Part shown: piece by piece, positions 26,001-37,918 of the stretch
Position numbering within the stretch: the stretch's first letter is position 1
Layout: every line of letters begins with the position of its first letter
Assembly: GCA_008632985.1 (NCBI GenBank)
Contig: QPGO01000223.1
Coordinates: forward strand, 1 to 64,000
Reading direction: 5' to 3'
Length of the DNA: 64,000 nt
DNA from: Psammoneis japonica
Lineage: Eukaryota
Position numbers and translations under genes: made by a program
Notes under the pieces: model-generated
The model's input: the letters and a program-made list of their open reading frames with translations, nothing else
What the model was told of the DNA's origin: nothing
Database searches by the model: none

Positions 26001-27140
26001 GAAAATGTCTGGCAAATTGCATGATCCCATGGGCAACACCTGCATCTCATGCTTGCCCCACGGGAAGATGAGCGTGCAGAGCTTCTTGCTGTCAGTGTCC
26101 AATCGGACATGATGGTGGCCCATGTTTAAATCCAGCGATGTAGCCCACACAAAGCCTTCGAGCTTAAGTGGCATGTCTTGGATGTGAGGAATCGGGTGAG
26201 GCAATCGCTCAATCCGTTTGTTCAGCTCTCTGAAATCATCAACAAAGCGTGCCGTTAAATCTTTCTTCGGTGTGACAAATGATGGAGCTGCCCATTGGGA
26301 TCGGTTGATGCGTTTGAGAACACCGATGCGCGCTGGGCGCTCTACTTCCTTACGCAGCGTAGCTTCGCATGCACGAGGTGCTTTACACGGACGAGCATGG
26401 CATGGTTCTACACCCTCCTTGAGTTGGACATGGTGGGGTTCTCCCTTCCATTCTCCCAGTGTCCCATCAAATGAGGACTCATGGCGTTTCAACAGTGCCA
26501 AAAGGTCGTTTTGTTGAACTGTGGAAAGTCCTGTTGCCCCTCGCGTCATGTCCTCGAGGCAGGCCGGCGCGTGCTCAGCGTCTGAAATGTGCAAAATCCG
26601 GTCGGTTTCCAAAGATGAGGCTTCTGGATCTTGAAGATAGAAGGAGGTTTCCACCGCAGCATCTGCGTGCCTCATTGGTGCTTCTCCATTGACCAATGGC
26701 CACTCTGTCATCTGTTCAGAGAAGACAACATCAATGCCTTGTGTCTCCAGAATGTCACGTCCAACAATCACATCGTGCTTGCCCAACTTTCCGTTGTGCA
26801 CGTGGATGGCATGCTTGAGTTCTGCAGTTTCGGATGATTCTGGCAACCGAAATTTAACGGCACAGTCGTTGGACGCACCAAACGAGCCTGCCACCGTAGC
26901 CCGGTTTGTCTCAGCCGTTGAATGGCTTCGCAGACGTTTGCAGCATCGACTGTCGAGTAGAGTGCTGCCAGCGCCACTGTCTGGCAGTGCCTTGACAGTT
27001 TGAGTCTTGCCCTTGCCATGTTTGGCGTTCACAGCTGTGAACAAGATTGGAGCAAGATGAGTCTTTTTAACTCGTTTGCGGGATTGGCCTGCAACACGTG
27101 TACGATGGCAATTCAGTTGTTCATTCATGCATTCATCCAA
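23028..27140 (-). pseudogene. Gypsy pol (copy 1): protease, RT, RNase H, integrase
   Basis: ALPDSGA, WAAPSFVTPKK, DFRELNK, RTHLDD (from YLDD), ADAS, AFYSRKL, TERELLAIVE, HHETLCHPG, DRGTEF, NPQANATVER. Frameshift at ~25860 and MITE insertion. Confidence 0.9.
24844..25729. mobile_element. Non-autonomous TIR element (MITE), 886 bp
   Basis: 21-bp TIR GACTTGTTCCAGACTT(G/A)GGTG and 4-bp TSD TGGG. The empty site is present in gypsy copy 2 (~56575-56590). AT-rich non-coding interior. Confidence 0.92.
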
Positions 27141-27176
27141 TGCATTAAAACTGCCTGTGTTGTGTCGGCCCCCTTC

Positions 27177-28253
27177 TCAGGCGTCCGAATCTTCGGAATC
27201 ACTTGAGTTGAGGTCGCGGAAGTGATTGAGCTCCTCCTCGCGGGCCTTGCGCTTTTTCTGAGCGTTGGCAAAGTGCTCCTCGACCTTCGATCCGATGAGA
27301 GCATTAATGTCTTCCTCATTCCGAGGTTTTGCACCAGGCTTGCCGCCTCCATCATTGGAATGTCCAGTCTTGACACGTTTCACGCGGTGCTTGAGCTGAC
27401 GGCAATCTTCCGCATCATGTCCACAGTTAGTCCCGTGCAGCATGCACGGCTTCTGGGTGTTCCACTGGGTCGTGATCAATGACTCAGGATTGTCCATTCT
27501 ACGTCCCCGCTTACGTGGAACCTCAGCATGTTGGTCCTGGTTACCTTCGGCAAGCTCGACCTGCTCGATGCGCTCGCAGAACTGTGCAAATTCGGCGACA
27601 GCATGCACCAACGGGTCAAAATTCTGTAGCGTCATGAACTTCTGCCATGCGTTCGGCACACCGCACTCGAACACATCGCATGGTTCGTCATTGGGCAATG
27701 GCGCCAGTGTTTCTCCATCCTCCGTCATGGGTGGAAACTGAGAGATGCAGCCGTTAATTTCAACAGCCCTCGCGATGCAGTCACGAGTAGAAACCTCTGC
27801 GGGCTTGCGCATGAAGCGCCGCAGATGACGTTTCTGCAGCAGTGCCGCCCCATTTGGGAAGATGCTTTCCTTTAGCTTCGCGACGCATGCTGCGTACGCA
27901 GCATTGGTTTGGGACACCTGCTTGTCAGCGGCATTGTCAAATGACGTCAGAGCATCGCCCTGCAGCAAGTCACGCATGAGGGCAAATTTCGCTGGCCCGG
28001 TCGTGATGTTTTGTCCTTCGTGCACGCGATCCACGTTGCGTAGAAAGATTGGGAGTGTCTCGCATGTAGCCGCAGAAAGGTGCGGGATGCCCATCTCGTG
28101 CGTTGGACTGTCCGGATCAGCAGGGTTGTTACGCAGCTTGAACGTCTGGCACTCGCCCTGCTGCAGCTCTTTCTTCTCCGGCCATGCGAACGGAATCGGC
28201 GGCATGATCCGCTTCTTCATGGTCGTTTTGAGATTTGTCGGTCCTGCCAACAT
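27177..28253 (-). pseudogene. Gypsy gag (copy 1)
   Basis: 358-aa ORF directly after the 5' LTR with a C-x2-H-x5-H-x4-C knuckle (CMLHGTNCGHDAEDC); homologous to 54136-55140. Confidence 0.85.
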
Positions 28254-29418
28254 TTCGTAGTTTTGTTTCTGTAGATTTCGTTACCTCGCACAACATGCGG
28301 GAGCAACCTGTGCCCCATGTGTGTGCCAGGTGCTGAAAAAGAAGATGTGTTGCAACTTTGTCGTTGTGAAAATTGTGAGCTGGTTTAGAGCAGAGAAAAT
28401 GGGATCGTGCGAACAGGGAATCTTGCCAAATCCCCATTCGTTCGCATTTGGATCGCATTAAATCGATCATGCGTTTGCATTGTGGATTGTGCGAATCAAG
28501 CCATCACGCGCCATGCACGAGTGATGTCATCGTGTGGAATCACGCTGCCATCGTGGGCCAGACGACGGGCCAGTGTGCTTCACACGGATGCTCTCTTGGC
28601 ATCCTTCTGGAATTGCCCAAGACCTAGAGCCACGCCCTCCTGTGGTTGTGCTTCCCAGGTGCGTGTCAACAATGCTGCGTTGCCACGCACAAGAGGCTTG
28701 TGCACGGTCTTGCCGTGTTGTCCAGTGGCGAGGCATGCTGCAGGCTGCTCTGGACCAGCAAATTGGGGATGACTGCCCAACAGCCACCTGCTTTCTGTGC
28801 AGTCCACATCTCATTGACTTTTTCATTGCAGTTGTGCAGTCACTGTGGTTGGCATTTTCCTGCACCACATCTCTTGCTGCTGGCCTGTTCCAACAGCAGC
28901 TCCAGGTGATGTGCGCGCAGGTTTGGCTCCCACCGCTGGCCCATTTTTGCATTTGGTGCAACAAACTCCTTCAAAATTGGTTTTTTTTCAAGTTGAAGGG
29001 TGACTGCACGCCGAGCAAATCTAGCTGCCGAATGGGCTCAGCCACTCACAGTCTTAGTGCGACAATGCGAATGCAACCGACAAGATGCTTCCAGGCCTGT
29101 TGCAACTACAACGGATGCAACAAGTGAGACCAACCGATGGTCATGGTCACTTTTCCACCGATGCCACGTCACAGTCCCGCCACTTCAACTTGTAGAGCGC
29201 ACTGGACAGACTCTGACACATCGGATTTCACTCGGTCCCCTCGAAATGCACCTGACTCGTAAGGCACAATTCAACCCAATGCTGCATCAGTGATCTAGCT
29301 CAAACATCTTGACTCATTGATCGACGTAAAACCCTTGCCAGGGAAAAGCCGCCAATCCTTTGTGCATGGTGTAAACCCTCACTGGGGAAGAAACTCACCA
29401 CCGCTTCACGCATCCATC

Positions 29419-32400
29419 CCAATGCGTGAACTTGTCTAACAGAAAATTTCGCCTGACAGACGACATGACCTTCGTGAATGGATCGCCAAGGTTTGTCTCC
29501 GTTCCCTCCTTTGCAATCCTGACAGTCCCCGCAGCAACAGCTTCGCGGTCACAGTGACATGCAATGGAGTGATGCTTCTTCTTGAGTGTAGACTCAGGAA
29601 TGGAGCAATTCTTGTGGACGGCCTCATTGTCACAGAAGACATTTGTTGGCCCTTCGATCGGTGCTCCAAACATTCGAAGCTTGTGTCGTAGACTCTCTGC
29701 GAGCTCGATGGCATTCTTGAGTGCAACGATCTCTGCTCCAAATGTGCCAGCCTCCACGGCATTGTGATGCTTCGAGTGCCACACAATGGGTGCCCGGTTG
29801 ACAAACATCAAGATGCCTGCATGGCTGCGGTGATTGGCAACATTTCCGGCATGGTTGGCATCCACAAAACAATGTGTCGATGCTGCATCACCTCGAGCTG
29901 GCGGTGCATTTGTCGGAATGGCTTCTCTTGCATCTCGGCAGAAGTCGCGCCAGTCGCACTTCACGAATCGTGATTCATCGATCTTGGGATGAGCCGGATC
30001 GAATGCTGCTTGATGCTTTGGAACCTGTTCAAGGCATGCAAAGATGTGCAATGCCTGTTCCAGATGACCAATGCGAGGGAGAGCGAGGTGAGCAGACATC
30101 AACGAAACCTCCAAATGGATGTCCACTCTGCCGAGTTCTGCCGCCCAAACCAGCACACCAATCAGCTCTTGATGACAGTGAAGTCCTTCAGCGTCCAACT
30201 CGCCAGTGGCATCTAACTCGGGTTTGTGTCCACTGCTTGATGGGGTTGTTGCCTTGCCAGGCAGACATTTCCCCTCCTTGCCAAGCCTGTCCTCTACATT
30301 TTGGACAGCGGACTTGCAGCACTTCTCCGCAGACATTGCCCAACAGGCAGTCCCATCGGCTAAGGTCATCTTGGAGAGCGCAGCACCGAGGTGGGAATCC
30401 GGTTCGGCTGCCTTGTCACCCTTGAGCTTGAACTTGGACCTGATGCCATCCATCGTCTTCATGGGTTCGTGGCCAATCGACAGCACGTCGTCCACGTAAA
30501 CTAGAACGCATTCGTAGTGCTCGAATCCGTCGGGTTTCACCGCAGGTCTCATCCATGCATCCGGATCAGCCTTGCTCGGTTTGTGCCCCAGATCATAAAG
30601 CGTCTCCGCCAGAAAAGCCCTGAATGCTGCTCCGGAGCTCTTCAATCCATGTGGGGCCCTGACCACAATCATGATGCAACCTTCATCTTCGCCAAACTCG
30701 GACCCTGCTCTGGTCCAAATCTTCTCCCTGCAAGGGGCAGTGAGGCAGGCGTTCTGGATGTCACATGCAAAGACTTGCAAGTCATTGAGCGCAGCAAGCG
30801 TCAGTGCAATTCTCACCAAATCCCGAGAGACGACAGAGGAGCAAGTGATGTGTGCGGGGGTTTCAGTGGTGTGGCCTCCAGCCACCGTGCGAGCTTTGTG
30901 GCGGAAGTTTTCTCCCAACTTGACATCAAAAATCATGTGGCACTTCACTTCCTGGAAACCAGGCGCCATGTCTTTAAGCTCCCCTTCATGCTTGTCAAAA
31001 GCAACCCATGCGTTCTTCATCTCCATGCAAATGGCGTCCCACCACAGTGTGTTGCCATTTGCGCGATCGATCTGGATCGCCTCCTTGACACTCTTTGGGA
31101 TCCGCATGCCAAATTTGTGTGTTCGTAGCCAGCACTTCGACTTGACCTTCGCAATGGAACGCTTGCGGGTTTTCATGACATGAGGAACCCACCAAGCAAA
31201 CGCTGCCTCACCCGAGATCTTGCGCTGAATGGCGAACTCGGCAACTTGGACTGGGAAGCTCTCCTTCGCAATCTTCAAGTCGATCCAAGTCGTGCTTCCA
31301 TCCTTCCATTGGAATAAAAGTTCCCATCCTTTGGTGGTCTTGCGCCTCTTCCGAACGCCTCGCTCGGTCTCAAAGAATTCGGATTCAGGAACGTCCCCGT
31401 TGGTGCGGCAATCAATGATCTCATCGAATGAGACGTGCCGGTTTCCATCCTCGTCGATCTGAGCAAACATGTTCATGGCGATGGAGTTAGCAGAGAGCGC
31501 AGCATGGTGCCCATCAGGGTGCTCCACCTCATGCATCCTTGTGTCAAGGATGGGATTGTCATCAGCCGTTCCTGTCGGAACACCATTGGCATCTCTCAAC
31601 CTCTTCGTGACACGAGCAAACTCAGGACCATTGTCATCTTGTGGAAGCGCAACCTCCATGTTAATGTGTCCCCAGTCCGCCGCCTCCGGTGAGGCTTCCT
31701 CGTCTTTCTTATCGTCGTCGTCATTTGCTGCCTCCTCTGAGGATGTGACACGATCACGCTCATCGAGGAATTCATCGTCGTATCCAAGGTAGTCTTTCCA
31801 GTCTTCGGGACTGATCTTACGATCCTCGTCATCGGGGAAATCTTGCTCCTTCAACCGTCGCTTGATCTCCTCGTCAAAACTGTCGAACTCTGCCTTTTTC
31901 TCTTGAGTGGCGGCTTCCAAATTGGTGACTCGTTGGACGGAAGTTCTCGAAATGACACTGCCTGTCTGTGTCAGAACGTAATGCGACATGAGACTCCCTG
32001 TTCTGTGAGACACACCAAGCCACCCACCAAGCTTCTCGTCCCCTGGACCGGCATTCTCCCTGTGCCAGACCCAATCGTAAAATCCAAAGTCGAGGCACTC
32101 CGAGATGTCCACGGTCTCTCCGAGAACGTTCTCCAGTGGCACTCCTGCATCCAAATGATGTGCTCGAAGGAACGTGCGAGACATGGTCTCACATGTCCAT
32201 GTAAATCCGCAGTCCCACAGTCGCCGCGGTGCTTGCTTCTTGACCATGATGCGGAACCACTTACGCCCAACCTCGCGCACAACTCCTTCTGCAGGATTCT
32301 GGTTGTGTCGATCAGGTTCGATGATGTGATGATCCATGCCCTCCTCACGCACGGTCTTCATGAACTCCGTGCCAGGTTTTGTTTGCTCCTTAGATCCGTC

Positions 32401-33681
32401 CATCAGGAGTTTCTCTGGCACGCCAAATTCCTGGCAAAACGTCTTGAGAGCCTCGCCAGCCTCACTCTTCTTGTCCATGGGATAGATCGCAGCGAAGCAT
32501 TGCTTGTTTGTAAAGATCTGGGCATGTCGATTGCCCTCCAGCGAAACCACCTTGCCGTCTGCCGTGTCGGTTGCCCATTCACCCCGTAACCTGGGCTTTG
32601 TGAACATCCGATCGGCCCGACAGCGCCGACCCACAGGCATCAACGCTGACCTGATGAGCTTTTGTGCAGTCTTCTTGAGCGTGCTTGCTGCTTGCTTGAG
32701 TCCTGTGCACCATCGTTCACTCAAGTCAGCAGCCAACACGTCACTGTGTCTCTCCTCAGACATGAATGTCTTCGGGAGTGCCAAGTCTTCAGGTCCTTCG
32801 CCGATTGTTTCCGTGGCGGAGAACTGGACTGTTGGCTCCATTTCCACATCAACGGCAGCTGTGAGCCTTGATTGGACTTGGTCGACTCCACAAATGAATC
32901 GCTCATTGCAACAGTCCCCGGATTGGGGGTTGCTGCAGGCAGGATCAGCTTTGAACTCGTGTGTTGGATTGGTGTGGATCGTCGCAATTGACCGAACTAG
33001 CTCCATTTCCTCCTCCGCAGATTGTCGAGTTCCAACAGATTTGAACTTGACTGTCTGTGGATCCCAAGGTTGTTGGGAGGTCATCTGGATCTTGGGGCAT
33101 TCGTGCAATTCCTGCTCTGCAGGAGTGCGAGTTGCCACAACGACATTGGTCCCCATGGCTTCAAGCGGCATCATGAAAGATCTGTCCTCAGTGAGGATGT
33201 GCAGTGGCGAATCGGAGCAGGGGTTGTCCTGAACCTTAACACCAAAGTGCCGCAGCTGGTTTGGGTTAACCAGCGAGTGCTCCATGGACTCCGGCATCCA
33301 TGAGCCCTCGTGGAAGACCAGAGTGAAAGTTGCTCCCGATGTCAGTGAAGTCCACGCCGTGGCTGCCGAGACAATTGGGACACTCTTGATGGACTCGCAT
33401 CCCTCGTTAAAAGGCGACACGTCACACTCTCGTCCAGAATGACCCAAGAGGGTAAAGTTCTGACCAAAAACAGTGGTGTCAGCATGCGAATCCATTTCAA
33501 GATGCCCATGCTGCACCTTGCTCATGTCACGGATGTGGGTGATTCGTGTGGTGTCAGACCACGTTGCCGACACACGTCTCGTCGAGGTAACAACCTCACA
33601 GATGCGTTTGACACAGGCACGTGGATGCTGCTCCTTTGATCGATGCGGCTGTCCCCCACCCCATTGTGGCAACCACAACAA
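29419..33681 (-). pseudogene. Copia pol (protease, integrase, chromo-like insert, RT, RNase H)
   Basis: EMDSHADT, DGSKEQ...HNQNPAEG, HMIFDVK...RHKARTVAGG, DIQNACL, APHGLKSSG, VLVYVDD, FVDANHAG, CDNEAV, KKKHHSIACH. The probable original stop is erased at 29419-29421. Confidence 0.92.
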
Positions 33682-33720
33682 GAAGTTTATGATGCAACCA
33701 AGCAGGGTCCAGCTTGGCAG

Positions 33721-35067
33721 TCATTTCTGCTTTCCTCGGCGCTTTTCGCTGCGACCACCGAGTGCGTCTCCGGCATTGTCTCTGTCTCTGCCGCCAGCCC
33801 CTGATTCATCATCGCCAGAATCGGCGCTGACATTGGTGTTCAGGGCGGAGATTTTGCGGTTCGCTTCTTTAAGCTGCAACGACAGCTTCCGATTCTTCTT
33901 CTTGAGCGACTTGATGGATGCAGCACGGCGTTTGGTTGGTTTGGGTTGTTTGGCGACACCCAGACGCACGCGCTCGTCGACAACCTTCTGTTTGTCCTCC
34001 TTGCTCAACTGGTGCCAGTTTTTGTGGTGTCCAGTGTCAATGGATCCATCCTCATTGTAAATGGTGCCACCCTCTCTTCCCCCTCCAGAGGCAACTGCGG
34101 CAATCGCACGACGATGCGCAATCGTCTCTGGAAGGGTGGCGACTTTGGCGGCAAGATGATTGGCCGCCGTGGTGAACGTGATGCCTCCTCCAAACTCATT
34201 CTGCGCCTTCAAGGTTTCAACCACTGCTTGTGGTGATTGGTGCTGCGTCTTCTCAAAAAGGATCCGCAACTTCTGGGCCTCCGTTTTCGGTTCGTCGTTC
34301 TCGTCAAAAATGTCGAACATTTCTTGGAGCTTGTTTACAAACGACTCAAACGGCATGGCGCGTTCACTCTTGCAATGAAGGGTGTTCTCCATGCGCTCGG
34401 CTTCAGAGACACGGCAGGAGGTGTTGCCTTCTCCCTGGCAATGGTCGCACAATGCCCCAAAGTCAACTCGTCCGTTCTGTTCATTCTTGTGGTCCTTCAA
34501 CCATTGCTCACCAGGTGTGCCCATGGTCAGGGACTCGATGAGTAGATGAGCCGTACGAGCGTCAGCCTCGAAAGCTGGGCCTTGGAGGGGTGCACATGCG
34601 GTGCACTTCTGGACGAAAGTGTTGTGGCCTTGAGGTTCGGGTGCATCGTTTTGACGAATGCAACACACTGACGGCACGCCAGAAACTCCCAGCACAATGC
34701 CAAGCATGTTCGTCAAACCGGTGCTCCACTTGACCCAATCCTTTTCGCTCTCTGACATTCCGGGCAACGCCTCTTTGCCAAGAGAGTCAGCAGTGGCCTT
34801 GGTCTGGGAGCGGATCTCGGCACGACTGAGTGCCGTCTGGAGAGCAGCACAGAAAGTGGCTTGATCAAGCCCATCCAGAGTAGGATTCTCGCTCACGCGA
34901 CCAAAGTCCTGAACCCAATGTACAAGAGCTTTGAGTCGACGACTGCGGGCCAAACCAAAATGAATGCACCCTTCAGCAACCGTCCTCCCAGCGTGTGAAG
35001 ACGCAAGAGAATCGACATCCTCTTCCTTGAGGTCTTCTAAATCGTCAAAAGACGCAAAGTCCGCCAT
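33721..35067 (-). pseudogene. Copia gag
   Basis: 448-aa ORF upstream of pol with GVSGVPSVCCIR, NGRVDFGALCDHCQGEG and LHCKSERAMPFESFVNKLQEMF, resembling diatom copia gag with Y->C/H. Confidence 0.75.
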
Positions 35068-35842
35068 GAGCGGGACTCATTGAGCTGGATCAACAAATCC
35101 AATCCATTCGAGCGCTGTCTCGACAGGATCCGGAGGAGCAGCCGCCATGGTGGTGCCCATGCCAGCAGGAAAACAGAGTTGTGTGAGAAATCATAAATTC
35201 AAAAGGATGTCTCAGTTTGTGTTGACGACAACACATGGCCATTAGAAGCATGGAGACTGGCCATGTCTCCTCACTGCTCGTGCATTCACTGATGCCAGGC
35301 GATGACAATCATCATGCACCCTTCGATCGACTGGCATTCGTCGCCACAACCCTGCCACAATGGTGCGACCGTCTCTTTGCAGTTGTTCAATGCTTTTCGT
35401 CAAACTAAACTTGAGTTGACGACTTGGCTCTGACAAAGCGAGTAAATCTAGCTGCCGAACAGGCTCAGCCACTCACAGTCTTAGTGCGACAACGCGAATG
35501 CAACCGATGAGATGCTTCTGGGCCTGTTGCAACTACAGCGGATGCAACAAGTGAGACCAACCGATGGTCATGGTCACTTTTCCACCGATGCCACGTCACA
35601 GTCCCGCCACTTCAACTTGTAGAGCGCACTGGACAGACTCTGATGCATCGGATTTCACTCGACGCAAAACTTGTCTTTTTTGTGTGCACTCACCTTTTGA
35701 TTTTCAAAACGATCAAATTTGTGGGAGTTTGGTGCGCCAAACTGCACAGAAAATCGGCCTCCTCTCGCCGTGATGGATTTCTCATCACCTGGGGCTGGAA
35801 CAGGCCTGCTGGGAACAAAGCACTTTTAAAACAAGCTCTTCT

Positions 35843-35844
<2 letters not shown>

Positions 35845-35872
<28 letters not shown>
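35845..35872. repeat. (AG)n microsatellite
   Basis: About 14 uninterrupted AG units. Confidence 0.95.
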
Positions 35873-35878
<6 letters not shown>

Positions 35879-36922
35879 TCCACTTGCTGAGAAACAACAT
35901 GTGCTGTTGAGCGAGATGGTCTTTTTCACAATTTTTGTGCACTCTTGGTGGGCATCATTCAGCATGGTGGTTGGCCTCTTAGAGTGCTGTCCACAGGTGG
36001 TGAGCTTGGTTTCAGTGTGGACAATGCACAGACACCACAAGGAGGAAGGGCAGCTGCTCTGATTCATTTGGGCACAGATTTGGAATGAGCTCAAGGAGCT
36101 GATCACAGATCTGATCACCAGTGGTTTAGAGCTTCCATCCATTGCAGAGTTTGGTTTCCTGCATTGTCCCGCAATGAAGCATGAAGCAGCCACATTGCAT
36201 TGTCCATGCCATGCAGTCAGCAGAGGAACAAAAATTCAGCTGTGGTGTTGGTTGAAAAAGCAACAAGCACGGGGCTTCTGAAGTGATGAGCAATGATGCA
36301 ATGGACCACCAGTTTAACATGACAGATCCAATGATGGTGTGGCTGTCTCAGGCATGTGTCAACCAGCAGGACATGCCATCACTCCTCACTGAAAGTCATG
36401 GGCTGCACAGTGTGTGTTGTCAACAAGACTGTTGACTTGTTTGGAAACCAAAATGTCATTTTAGAAAAAGACCATGATGCAAACAGCACCTGGCCAGTTG
36501 CTCACCTCCTGGGTGGACTGTGGTGGCAAACAGCAAATGCGCTGTGTGCCCACGGTGCAACAAGAAACTCAAAAAAGCTGGGCAGCAAAGAAGAGCAGAT
36601 GCTGCAAGCACATGCAACAACTTGCGTGTTTTGGATTCCACATTTAGTTTCATCGTCAAGTCTGTACAAGTGTGCGCAGAGATCGTTTCACCACCGACAG
36701 GAGGGACTGTTTTGGCATAAAAAAATCAGAATGTAGGTTTGCCATGGGAACGCCAATGTTCGGCATGCTCTTGATCAGAGTCCTGTCCGGTTTGGTGCTC
36801 GAGATCCGCACCAAGGCAGGGTAATCATCATGTGTGTTGCTGGACCGAAAACTGCCAGGAACATTGACAGGAAATCCGAACCGTTTATAGCTATGTTGAG
36901 TTTATTGCAATTTCTTAGTGTT

Positions 36923-37918
36923 CTACAGCAAGGCACGCAACGGTGAAAGGCCCGACATTTGTCCAACGAACGGTGGGTGGATGGAATATCCCAACATCGA
37001 TTTCATGATTGGGCTGCGACAAGCCGCCATTTCTTTGGAAACGCCTAAAAACTGATTTTCTTGTGTCCGTAAGTACGGCTCGCAATATTGTGCAGTGAAC
37101 GCATTTCGCGGCTTATCACTTGAATTACAACCGCCGCCGTGCCATAACGTCCCCAAAAAGAAGACACAACTCCCTTGCGACATTGTTACGGACAACGGTT
37201 GTGGATCGACATCTGGTGGGACGTTGTTGGGACATGAATATTCATCGGACCAGGTGTGACTTTGCGGCCAAACAACTGTCGCACCATTGGTGTCGGTGAA
37301 TTCATCCAATGCCCATATCGTTGCTGCCGACAAGGCGTTTCGTGGACGTGCAAAGGGATAAAATCCATCATCGGTGTGCGGAATCTGTGCTTTTTCACCT
37401 GGTAGTATCCGTATCAGTTGTGACATACTCAACAGAAAGTTGGGCATTAGGAAATAACTCAACAGAGCCAACACCCGTGAATGTTCAATCAACGGATCAA
37501 ACGACATTGTTTTTCCAGCAACAGTATACACTCGTCGTGTTTTCAATCCTTCAAAGTTATTTCGACCATCATACTTCAGATGAGGTTCCAATTCTTCTAT
37601 CAGCTGTTGACACAGGTCGGGTTCAATCAGATCCTGCAATATAACATATCCTTGCTTCTGGACTGCCTCGACATCTCGACGAAACTGTTGTGGATCGATT
37701 TGTGCCATGATCCCTTCCATGATCGTTGGATCCATTGCGTTACGCTTTCCCAAGTCACATGACAGTAATTGTTCAACCGTCGTGATATCTCTCGTTGATT
37801 TGTGCTGCTTCGACTTGACGGCTGATAACACCGTTTGATCCTGGTCATGATTCGAAGATTCAGAAATCGAGGACGACTTCCGCGACAGACACAGCATAGC
37901 ATTCGATTGTCGGCACAT
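36923..37918 (-). CDS. Phytanoyl-CoA dioxygenase (PhyH)-family Fe(II)/2-oxoglutarate dioxygenase
   Basis: GYVILQDLI, PGEKAQIPHTDD (HxD), IWALDEFTDTNGATVVWPQSH, GSCVFFLGTLWHGGGCN...R, QYCEPYLRTQEN. Intronless, normal TpA. Start codon uncertain. Confidence 0.88.
   Translation of the reverse strand: MCRQSNAMLCLSRKSSSISESSNHDQDQTVLSAVKSKQHKSTRDITTVEQLLSCDLGKRNAMDPTIMEGIMAQIDPQQFRRDVEAVQKQGYVILQDLIEPDLCQQLIEELEPHLKYDGRNNFEGLKTRRVYTVAGKTMSFDPLIEHSRVLALLSYFLMPNFLLSMSQLIRILPGEKAQIPHTDDGFYPFARPRNALSAATIWALDEFTDTNGATVVWPQSHTWSDEYSCPNNVPPDVDPQPLSVTMSQGSCVFFLGTLWHGGGCNSSDKPRNAFTAQYCEPYLRTQENQFLGVSKEMAACRSPIMKSMLGYSIHPPFVGQMSGLSPLRALL

Larger units (their letters stand above)
22556..28742 (-). mobile_element. 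Ty3/gypsy LTR retrotransposon, copy 1 (full length, hypermutated, MITE inserted in pol)
   Basis: LTRs 22556-22988 and 28311-28742 (~432 bp, TG...CA), TSD GGCT (22552-22555 / 28743-28746), PPT GGGGGAG. Gag-PR-RT-RH-IN order. Confidence 0.95.
29012..35661 (-). mobile_element. Ty1/copia (CoDi-like) LTR retrotransposon, full length, hypermutated
   Basis: 223-bp LTRs at 29012-29234 and 35439-35661, flanking duplication ACGC, purine tract next to the 3' LTR. Gag then PR-IN-RT-RH order. Confidence 0.93.

Noticed and set aside
22556..28742. ADAR-type editing of retroelement RNA
   Set aside because: A>G and T>C occur together on one strand, paired LTRs differ, and DNA with no retroelement features is affected as well.
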